A stretch of 64,000 bases of DNA from Eledone cirrhosa. Its lineage: Eukaryota. A program made the position numbers and the translations under genes. Position 1 is the first letter of the stretch. Each line of letters starts with the position of its first letter. The stretch covers positions 34,224,001 to 34,288,000 of the forward strand of contig OZ024756.1 of NCBI GenBank assembly GCA_964016885.1, read 5' to 3'. The notes below the pieces were generated by a model, which ran no database searches, was not told the DNA's origin, and was given only the letters and a program-made list of their open reading frames with translations. Of the stretch, positions 12,046 to 24,500 are shown in pieces.

Positions 12046-15000
12046 AGAAAGACTGAAATGTTTAAAGAAGTACTTACATGGTACCATCAGTTCGGTAAGC
12101 AGATACCGCATCTTGGAGGGCAATCAGCTCCAGACGGGCCTGAAAATTAAGCACTGTTCTCTTTATCAAATTACAAAAAAAAAAAAAGGGTGGTAAATTG
12201 GCAGAATCGGTAGAGCGCCAGACAAAATGTTTTGTGGCATTTAGTTACAGCTCTTTACATTCTGAGTTCAAATCTTGGGGATTGATATGGTTGTCTATAA
12301 CCTTTGCAAGAGATGCTGTATCATGGCCACAATACTGGGGATTGATATGATGTACTATAACCCTTGAATGCAGTGCTGTAGCATGGCCACAGTACTGAGG
12401 ATTGATATGATGTACTATAACCCCTGCAAGAGATGCTGTATCATGGCCACAGTACTGGGGATTGATATGATTGACTATAACCCTGGAAGGCAGTGCTGTA
12501 GCATGGCCACAGTACTGGGGATTGATATGATTGACTATAACCCTGGAAGGCAGTGCTGTAGCATGGCCACAGTACTGGGGATTGATATGATTGACTATAA
12601 CCCTGGAAGGCAGTGCTGTAGCATGGCCACAGTACTGGGGATTGATATGATTGACTATAACCCTGGAAGGCAGTGCTGTAGCATGGCCACAGTACTGGGG
12701 ATTGATATGATTGACTATAACCCTGGAAGGCAGTGCTGTAGCATGGCCACAGTACCGAGGATTGATACTACAAACCTCAAATGCAGTGCTGTAGCATGGC
12801 CACAGTCCAATGAGTTGTGGCCAAGTAAATGAAATAAGAGATAAGAGGTGAGAAGATTGCGATATGTTACAGCTTACCTGTAGGGCTCCATTGGAGTTGA
12901 AGCCAGTACTACACAACATCAACCGAGACAGTTCTTCAGCAACAGATTCAACAATCTTGCACATAACTCGGGGTACGAAAGACGGAAAGACTGCATACAC
13001 CTGAGGGGGAGTTGGAGGAGGTAGTGGTAGAAGAGGAGGTGGTGGTGGATGAAAGAAAATATAAGACATTGATATATGATATATAATACACAGAGCAAAT
13101 ATTATAATGAAAGAGTTAAAATAATTTTAAATAAAAAAAGAGCTCTATAATAAAGAAACCATCATCATCAGCATTTTTATGTCCACTCTTCTAGACTGGC
13201 ATGGGTCGGACAATGCTTTACAGGCATATGCCCTACCTGGTGCCAAACCTTTCTAGTCACCTTTTACGACACACAAGTATACAATGTACCTATTCTAAAA
13301 ACCGGGATGTTCAAAAAGCTGATGTATTCTTTGGTTATTATACAATTGTTAGTTCCACCATAAAGCCAGCCCTTCAGGTAAAGAAACTACAGCTGTAATG
13401 AGACCAATACTTAGTATGAGCATCATGGACATGGCTTATAGTCCTGCTAGGGACTTGCTATGGCCAGCAATACCATGCATTGCAAAAAATGTCACATATC
13501 AAGAGATGTCTGTGCTTGAAGCTTTTTTTAAGTGCAGAAAGGCTTTGCACGGGGCCAACCCCACTCTCTGAACATCGAATACATATATATATATATATAC
13601 ATATACAGATACCACTCTCAACACCCACAGTAACAGTAACAATAACAACATCAGTAGAGGTATTTACTTCAGCATGGACTTCAATCATTCCCATCAGGAC
13701 TTCCTTTAAGTAACTTCTCACAGCTGTAAAACAAGAGATACAATACAGAATAAATCAGTGTAGAGTTCAGTGGCGTCTAGTGTAGAGTAGAGTGGTGTTG
13801 CATGGAGTATAGTGGTGTGGTGTAGAGTAGAGTGGTGTTGCATAGAGTATAGTGGTGTTGCATAGAGTATAGTGGTGTGGTGTAGAGTAGAGTGGTGCTG
13901 CATAGAGTATAGTGGTGTGGTGTAGAGTAGAGTGGTGTTGCATAGAGTATAGTGGTGTGGTGTAGAGTAGAGTGGTGTTGCATAGAGTATAGTGGTGTGG
14001 TGTAGAGTATAGTGGTGTGGTGTAGAGTACAGTGGTGTGGTGTAGAGAAATACCCACAAAAATTAAAACAAAATGTATGGAGTTAAAAGTGAAAAGCTTC
14101 CACTCATGTATTTACAGTTACTTCCTCTCTTCCTTCTACTAGTCAGAGGCCCTGAAATGTGCCATTGGCACAGCTTCTCCCATCCACCAGTCATCAGGGC
14201 CCTGTAAAGAGCCCTAGACACTGTTCCTTTCTCCTTAGCAGTTTCAGTAGCCCTGTAAAGAGCCATAATCTCAACAATAAAAATGATACATACCAACAGG
14301 TTTGGTACAAGTATTCCAGTCAAAGCTACCACGATACATGTTCTGTTCCATGGCGCCAACTATTGGGTTGGACTTCTCTTCAATGTAAGCTTCAAACAAC
14401 TTATTATCTAATTCCAGATACTTCGCTTGAGATATCTGAAATAATAATAATGATGATTTCATTTATTGGCTACAAGGGCCAACATATAAGGGACAATACA
14501 AGTAATATTTTTCATTAGAAATAAGGTAAAGAATGTGTCAATAATGAAAAGTTAATTATTTTACTAAAATTCTTAATTATTTAAAAAATATCTTGAGAAT
14601 CATACGTAATATTTTTCATTAGAAATATGGTAAATGCAGAAAAAACAAAACAAGGAATAATAAAAGAAAAAGTGAGAAACTGTCTACCTGCAGGCCTTTA
14701 TCCATTTCAACATAACCATGTTTCTCTAAATTCTCCACAAGTCTTGGAATCACACGATTACAAATATGATTGCAATTACTCAACATGATAATTAACCGTT
14801 TATCCTGGAGAGAAAACAAAAATAAAAGAATAAATAAACAAACATTAATCCTTTTTTATATCAAACCGCTTGAAATCATCCATCGTTATATGATACAAAA
14901 CTATTTTATTTTAAAGTCTTTATATTTATCTAAAAACTTTCCATCATAATTTTATGTAAGCATCTTTATGTTCTAAATAAATAAATAAAGAGAACGTTAT

Positions 15001-18000
15001 TTAGAAAACCTCCCAACAATCTCAACCTAACTGAAAATACTAGGCGCTGCCTTTCATTAGAAATATGGTAATGAAAGGGCTAATCACAAATTGTCTTTAT
15101 TCTTTGATACTCTTAGAGTGTTTACTTACAAATGGCGGCAGAAGATCATCTTGTAAAGCATCGGTTATTGTTCTGGAAAATACACGAAAGTAAAGAAATA
15201 AAATATACCACATGAACATGTTTTAAGGCCATTTTCTTTGTTAAAGCCATTATATCATCATCACCATCACGATCAACGTCTGTTTAACCCTTCTGATAGA
15301 AATCCACCTAAAACCAACCCAATTTTATCATGACAAACCTCATTTTAAAGTATGTCTTATTTAAATCAAAAATAATGTTAGAGACAAATATTTTTATAAG
15401 TGTTTAGCATTTACATTACTCTATATTTACTATTATATTTTCATGGTAAAGGCTTCACCTCACATAATATCGTATCTATATTTTGATATTTATTTTAAGA
15501 ACAACACCTTAACATCAGTATGAATGGTCGGTTACAGCCGGTGTGAATAGAAAGAGGTGAGAAAATTCTGGCCGGGTATGACCAGTTTAAATGCTAAAGA
15601 GTTAAGCTTAATAATATGGCTATTTTACTAAATTCTTTGAAATTGTTCAGTATTTATAAAATAAACTTTAAAAAAACATATGTGGAGGTATTTCATTAGA
15701 AATATCGAAATGGTGATATAATGGTTGTGGAAACTAATTAAAAAAGACAAAAACTATAAGAGGAAAGTGAAAGATGTGTGAAAAAGAAGAAGACTAACTT
15801 ATTTGTATCTCCAATTGATTGAGGCTGTTGGAATGCTAGTTTGTGAAGACAAACACAGAATGCCTGGAGAAGTTTGGTACATAACTGCGTTGCTTCTTTC
15901 TGGGTTGTCTGTTGGCTGAAAATCTGAAAATAAACCAAAAATGTAAGAAATATTGTTCAAGGATTTTTATTTTTTTACAGTTTTATTTTAGAGGGAAGAG
16001 TATGGTATGGTCCTGAAACTCCTGAGAGAGTCGTAGGGACACCGTATATGGTGTTTCTTAGGCATTTTAAGTCTGGCGAGCCCATCCCTCTCCAGGTCTG
16101 AACACAGCAAATTTCTTACAGAGAAGGAAAGAAAGTGAGAGAGAGGAAATAAGAAAGAAATATAGAAGAATCGACCCCAGTACTGGACTGGTACTTTTTT
16201 ATCACCCTCGAAAGGATGAAAGTGTCAAGAATGGAACAACCTCTCCAGTGCTGGCATCATGATCAAATGCACCCAATACACCCTGTAAAGTGGTTGGCAT
16301 TAGGAAGAGCATCCTGCTGTAGAAATTATACCAAACAAAGGGTAGAAAACAGTCTTTAGGTATGTCAAGGACAAGACAACCTAACTAGTGCTGGTATCAT
16401 GATAAAATGTACTCAGTACATCCTGTATCCCATAAAGTGATTGGTGTTAGGAAGAGCATTCTGCATTAGAAACCATACCTAAATATGGAATACATATATG
16501 TACACAAGACACAGGCCCAGGCTCATATAATTTTGAAATCATTAATCTCAATTTGAAATAGCAAGGTCTCACTTTGAACTGATATGTGCTCCCTTACAAT
16601 TTCAAACACATTGTACTAATAATTGTTTCAATTTTGGCACAAGGCCAGCAATTATCCCAGTGTTTTACTGGTACTTTATTTTATCGATCCAGTAAGGATG
16701 AAAGGCAAAGTTAACCTCAGCGGGATTTGAACTCAGACCATAAAGGGTCGTAACTCTTCGCTGCAAAGCATGGCGTCAGACCCTCTACCGATACTGCCAA
16801 TCCGCCACCCTAGATATTGTACTAATAATACAATGTCATTTCTAAATTCACAATCTTCTGTCATTCACAGCACCATCACCCCAACAACAACAACAACAAC
16901 AACAACACCACTATTTACCTCATATTCACCAGTTCTGTTCTGGATAACAACTTCATGTAAATGTTGTATTGTTTCATTGACAATATTTTCAAACAGTGCT
17001 GGCTGGAATTGAAACAGGGAACAATGGATTAGTTTAGTCTCACTTAATAACTCTATAGCAATTCTACAACTCTACAATAACTCTACATCACCTCTACAGC
17101 AAGTCTACAACACCTCTACAGCAAGTCTACAACACCCCCACATCAACACTACAACATTTTTACAACAGCTCCACACCAACTCTACAGTACAACTCCCATG
17201 ACTTTCGGAAACATTTTTTCACGCTCAGAGTTGCTGAAGCATGGAACAAACTACCTGCATCAGTTATTAGCTGTCGAGACACTGCATCCTTTAAAAACTC
17301 CATGCTTCCTGAGATTCGCCAACACTACACATAATATTCCCCCTCCATACACACGGACACATGTATATCATGATTCATACACTATTCACTTCCCTGACAT
17401 TTGTATATTATTCTATGTACCATAGTACCATACGTGCACCTTTGATGAGTTGTAGTGCACCTGAGCACTATACACAATAATTTCATTATTATTATTATAC
17501 TAATATCTCAACACCAACTCTACAACCAACATCTCTAAAATAATTCTACAACAGTCCACTTACCAGCTGAGTTGTGCCACCATATTCATCATCAGCTTCG
17601 ACATTCCATGTTTCTTTCGTGTGGAGACATTCCACATCTGTAAAACAAAGATTTTCATCATCATCATCATGAACCTGTCCTTTCTAGCATGGGTTGGATG
17701 GGACATTTTGAGGCTATGTTTTACAGCCAGATACCCGTCCTAAAACTAACCATTTTAGTTGCTTCTTACAACATACATGGGATATGGTGTGCCTGTTCTA
17801 AACCTCTTACGACATACAGGGATACAGTGTACCTATTCTAAACCTTTTGTGACATACAGGGGTACAGTGTACCTATTCTAAACTGGATACACAATATTTT
17901 GTATGATATAATATATATCTATAAGGAAAAGCCTGCAATGATATCAAGAGGTGGATAGCAATAAAGATGGGGAATGGTAATAGACAGTGATGGATGTAAA

Positions 18001-18291
18001 GAACAAGTGGCTTATAATGTAAATATAATTTATATGATTTTACTAACCTGTTATGGCTTGTTTTAGTAAAGTAAACATACAATGGGTCCTCATATCAAAC
18101 GCCAATTCTTGGATGAGGTCTGTGGAGTCACTGGGAAGGTCAAGATTGGTCAATGATGACACACATGAGCTGGAAGGAGAATATATATATATCATCATCA
18201 TCTTCATCTTCATTTAATGTCCCTCTTCCATGCTAATATATAGAAATATACTAGGTGGTCAGGGATAGCACACATGAAGTGGACAGAGTGA

Positions 18292-18352
<61 letters not shown>

Positions 18353-18463
18353 ATCATCATCATCCCTGACATTTCTATATTAACAATTATTCTATGTACT
18401 ATACATGTACCTTTGATGAGTTGTAGTGCACCTGAGCACTGGACACAATAATTTCATTATTAT

Positions 18464-18506
<43 letters not shown>

Positions 18507-21500
18507 GATAACAGTCAATAAATTGTAATATTTACCGAACACATCTCACACAGTGTGGGAGCCAGGCAAAAGGTATTTCCTGTTTATTTTCAGGCCAAAT
18601 GCCATATTTTTCTCGTTCTTCCCGCGATAGATTTTCCAGAAATTCCGGCAAGAAAGCAGCCCGGACAAGATTCGCAAAGAATGTTATAACATCCGATACC
18701 ATTTGCTAGGAGAAAAATAATTACAGATTATTTAATTGTAGTGTTTAATTCAAATGTTTGTGGTATCTTTACCCATGAAAACATTGTTGTATGAAAATTT
18801 ACAGTAAACTAAAGATTTTAATTTTTAATGTGATGTAATTATAGTGTTGTTTTATACTTTTCAAGAATGTCTTGATGATGGAATTTCAATGTTTAGAGTA
18901 ACTTTACTAGTGGACAGATCTTTGTGATAATTTGCAGTAAACTAAAGACTTTAATATTTAATGTGATGCAGTAGTCACAGTGAGGAGATGTGAGAGGATA
19001 TGAGGGTGGTAGAAAGAGATATGAGGATACAGAAGAAGGGAGGGAGAGAAAGAGATGGAGAAAGAGAGGAGGGAGAGAGAGGAGGGAAAGGGAGATAGAG
19101 AGAGAGATGAGGCAGGTATATATATTTATATTTAAATGACATTTTTACCTTGAACTGTAAATATTTGTTTGAGTCAATTTTGAATGACCTGTCACCAGTC
19201 TAAAACAGAAATGGGAAATATTTCCATGAAATATTTGGATTATAAAGCATGAACTACGACCTCCACCACTACTACTACTACCACTACCAACACCACCAGT
19301 ACCACAGCCCCTGCTATTTTTACTACCACCACCACTACCACCACCCCTACTACAACTACTACTACTACCACCACCAGTACCACAACCCCTACTATAACTA
19401 CTACTACAACCAACACTACTACGACCACCACTACCTTTACAACAACCATCACCACCACCTTTACTACTACCTCCACCACCCCTACTATTACCAACACCAT
19501 GACCACAACCACCACCACCTCTACTATTACCACTACCTGCACCACTACTACCTCCATCACCCCAACTATTACCACACCACTACCACCTCTACTACTACCA
19601 CCACCTGCACTACTACTACTATGATGATGAACCAAATAACCAGACATTTTTCCCAAAGTAAGACAGGCAGAGTTATTCATGGATAAAGCTGATATATATA
19701 TATCTGGAATCATTAAAGATGGACCAAAACAGCTGAAATATTCCCCACCCAAAATAAGAAAATTAAATACTTACTTCTTTATGTATAAGACTCCCAGCAA
19801 AATAGGCCTGGCCCAGTTTCCAAAAATCAGGGAAGTTCTCAGTGACGATATCATTGAGTTCTTCAATAAATAAAACTTTCTGTGGTGTCTTGAAACGAGT
19901 GGTAGCTACAATTAAATTAAACTTTTTGATACCAAATTTCTTATGAAAGACATTGCTTATGGTCTTCAAATAATTTAGAAAATAAAAGAGAATTTGAAGC
20001 AATTTAGTAATATAACTAACTTTCTCATTATTAAACCTTTCATTACACTATTTCTAATGAAAGACACTGTTTGTGGTCTTCAAAACATTTTTTTTTAATA
20101 ATAGACAATTTGAAGGGATTTAGTAATATAAATAACTGTTTCTACTTTAGGCACAAGGCCAGCAATTACCCAGTGCATTACTGGTACTTTATTTTATCGA
20201 CCCCGTAAGGATGAAAGGCAAAGTCAACCTCGGCGGGATTTGAACTCAGATCGTAAAGGGACGTAACTATGCTGGAAAGCATGGCGTCCGACCCTCTACC
20301 GATACTGCCAATCCACCGCAATATAAATAACTTTCTCACTATTAAGTTGATGTTTCGAAAACAACTTAAAGGTTCTTTAACTTACTTGCTGCTTGATCTT
20401 GGACTGTTGCAAGGTTACTAGATTTATCTGGCAATAAAAAATAGAGAACAATTATATGAAATTATTGCCCAACTGTAAGCAGGTATAAAATGATGGTGAT
20501 AATGATATAGGAAATTATTGTGTACAGTGCTCAGGTGCACTACAACTCATCAAAGGTGCATGTACAGTACATAGAATAATGTACAAATGTCAGGAAAGTG
20601 AACAGTGTGCGAGTCATGATATACATGTGTGCGTGTGTATGGAGAGGAGGATATCAGATGTCAGCGAATTTCAGGAAGCATGAAGGTTTTAAAGGATGCA
20701 ATGTCCCAGCAGCTAACAACTGATGTAGGTAGTTTGTTCCATGCTTCAGCAACTCTGAGCGTGAAATAATGTTTCCGAAAGTCATGGAAGCTGTGCTGTT
20801 TTCTAACTTTGTAGGCATGCCCACGTGTGTTAGACATGAGAATTCAAAAAGGTGCTCAGGGTTGTTGTTGGCAAGATGGTTAATAATTTTGTGGGTGTTT
20901 ACCAAGTCAGTGACAATGATATAGGAATGATATAGGAGACCATAACAGGTGATAGGAAGGGCATCCAGATGAAATGTTACAGATAAATACAGATATAGAT
21001 GGAAATATAGAGACAGTAGTGTGGCAGACAGATCCAGATGTCAATATAAAAATGACACCAATGATGGTAAACGTAGAAGAGGAAGAAGAACAACAAAAGT
21101 GACAACTTACTTCGACCATAACCAGTTTGATGTGGAGACATTGGGGCTGTCTGCTTTCTCTCAATATTACATTCTTCTTTCTTCAGTTTTTTACCTTCGA
21201 AAAACAAACAAATTTATAATGGTTTCTGATTTAGGCACAAGGCCAGCAATTTTTGGGAGTGGGGAAAGTCGATTAACAGTTTAGCCATCAGTAGATAATG
21301 ATGGTAGTGGTGATGACAATGATGATGGTGGTGGTGATGTTGGTGGTGGTGAAGGCAATGATGGTGGTGGTGATGTTCGTAGCGGTAGTTTTGATATTGG
21401 TGATGGAGATGATGGTGGTAATGAGTAGTGATGGTATTGGTGATGATGATGTTGATGATGGTAGTGATGGTGGTGTCATGGTGATGAAGGTGTTAATGAT

Positions 21501-24500
21501 AATGATTGTAATAGTGTGATGGTGGTGGTGATAATAGGGATGGTGGTGGCGATGATGACAGTGATGGCAATACTGATGATAACACAAGGGAATGAAACAC
21601 AAGCATACCTTCTATAATATGTTCATTGCGACAGTGAGACAACATGGTCATCAACCAGTTCTGTTGGTTGTTAAGACATTCCCAAGCAGGTTCTCCTCCT
21701 GACTCAAGACTGACCAGATATCTAGAGAGAAAACACACACAGATTATGCTCAACTCAAGGCTCAAGACTGACCAGATATCTAGAAAGAAAACATACTAAT
21801 GTTACGCTCAAATCTTGATTCAAGACTGACCAGATATCTAGAGAGAAAACATGGAGATGAGGCTCAATCTAGACTCAAGACTGATAAGATATCTAGACAG
21901 AAAACATATGGAGATGAGGCTCAACTCTAGACTCACTAAGTATCTATATAGGAAACATTCACAGATTATCTATATAGAAAAGACAGAGATCAGGTTCAAC
22001 CCATGACTCAAAACTGTCCAGGTATCTGGAGTGAAAACTCACACAGATTATCAAGGTTGGAATATTCATAAGCAGGTTCAAGTCTAGATTCGAGAATCAC
22101 CAAGTATCTATATAGGAAATACACACAGGTTATCAAGGTTGAAATATTCCTAAGCAAATTCAATTCCAGGCTCAAGATAACAGTTCTTACCGTATTAGTT
22201 TCTTCTGCTCCTCCAAAGAGTTTGGAAGTTCTAGAAGCTTGTTATGTAACATCTTGCGGAATAAATTTATTTGTTCTTCAACTTCTTTATAGACTGTCAA
22301 GAAAAGAATTTTAGAGCTGGTTTCACACACAAATAACTTATAAACTTATAATAGTTCCCAGACTGGATACACCCATATATATATATATATTTATCATCAT
22401 CATCATCAAGGTTTTCATATATATATCATCATCAAGGTTGTCATCTTCTGAGACTAGACAGGTCAGATGACTGCGTCTGGTATATATATGTATGTAAAAG
22501 GTAAACAATATATATATAGTTTATCTGATTTAGAATAGGTTCACCACATCCCTACATGCCGTAAGAAGTGACTAAAAGGGCAGGAAGGGCATCTGGCTGT
22601 AAAACATTGCCTCAAAAAGTGTCCAACCCATACCAGCATGGAAAAGTCAAAATAAAAGAGATGATAATGATGATGATGATACATATCTGTTTAATACAAT
22701 AATATTTGTATATTATTTCTCAATATATATTAGCCATCTTGGAATGATATGATAGAAAGAAGTACAAAAATAAATACAAAACTAATCCGATATATAAAAT
22801 AAGAAGAGGGAAAATGAGAGAGTTTACCTTTTTTAAATATATGGACTTGTGTGTCGGCAAACAAAGACCTGGCTCGGACAAAATCATTAATTACTAAATT
22901 GTAGTCTCCCTGAAAAATAGATCATTACATTATATATATGGATAATAACATTATATCTATAATTACTTGATATAGTAAGTAAAGAGTATTAATGTTTCAG
23001 ATGCTAGTCCTTCATCGGAAAATAGAATGAGAAATCAAAGAAGAAATAGAAAGACAGAGGAGAGTGGGCAATGGCAAAAACGAAAAAGAATTTCTTAGAG
23101 TTGCCCTCTCTCTCTTTCTCTCTACCTACCTATATATATATATATATATACTCATACATACACATATGAATAGCTATGCAGCCACACACTTACCCTTTGT
23201 ATATTGCGTTCAATATTGAGAGGAAGGTAGAATAGGAATTTAAATCTATGTAAAACACTGAGAGCATTGCGTGTGGAGTCTGCCTTATCCTTGCGACCGA
23301 GAACTTCTTGGAACAAGCCATCAGCACATGACTTAGCCTCTGAAAACAAATTAATATATTTAGTTAGTTACTCATTAATTAGTCAGACAGACAAAGACAA
23401 ACAGATAGACAGACAGAGAGAGAAAGACAGAGAGACAAACAAATAGACAGAGAGAGACATAGACAGAGAGAGACATAGACAGAGAGAGACAAAGACAAAC
23501 AGAGACAGACACATAGAAACATAAATGAAAGCCAGTAAACTTACGCATCAAGAGAACAGCATATGAATTCATACAGTCGCCACGAATATCATCAGTAGCA
23601 AACATCCTGTTCATAGCTGCAAACAAACAAAAACTACATCAGTGACACTTATAAAAAATAATAACGATAATGGTTTCTGATTTAGTTAGACACAAGGCCA
23701 ACAATTTGGGCGAGGGGAAAGTTGATTAAATCGCCCCCATAAGGATGATTTTTGCTAGATTAGTAACAAAGGGGTTTATAATATGCTGTGTCATACCTGA
23801 TAAACTTGACAAGCAATCGATAGTTGAGGATAAATTGGACTTCATAAATGCGATTGGTCCCTCAGATCTTTGGGCTGCTTTCCGTTTCATGTAACCAAGA
23901 CCAGCTTTCAAGTCATCAAAACTAAAGAGAAAAAAATAGGGGTTTATGTGCATGTGTGTGTCATCATTATCATCATTTTAAGTCTGTTTTCCATGCTGGA
24001 TCTTTCCATCGAAACAGCAGTCGACTAAAGAAAAGAGGTAAGTGTAAAAGCCAAACTTGCTATATTTAATTCGGTGTTCATACCTACCCTTATCTATGGT
24101 CATGAGTCTTGGTTAATGACCGAAAGAATATGATAATTAATACATGCAGCTGAAATGGGGTTCCTCTGAAAGGTCTTTAGAGCAATGTCACTTGATAGGG
24201 TGCATAGCGCAGCGAGTTGCTCTAGGTAAAACCTGCAACATCATTACACTGAGAAACCACAGCTACAATACTACAGACATGTGGTTAGAATGAACTGATA
24301 GATAAAATTTATGGGCAAAACCAACTGGCAGGAGACACAGAGGTAGACCACAAGATGGTTGGATCATATCCTTGAATTCAGTTGGTCTTGCTTGGAGATC
24401 CATTCTGATTATTTGGAGACAGTTGCTTCTGATAGGACCCTCTGGAATGGATGTCTGACAACTTTGCCCTTACGGCCCTCTCAAGGATGAGGAAGAAGAG

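Noticed and set aside
18855-18910. Another hammerhead-like start (TTGATGATGG)
   Set aside because: The core is mutated, with no GAAA or closing stems.
19240-19752. His/Tyr-rich or Val-rich proteins (also 21288-21602, 24798-25364, 43338-43797)
   Set aside because: Trinucleotide microsatellite translations inside introns.
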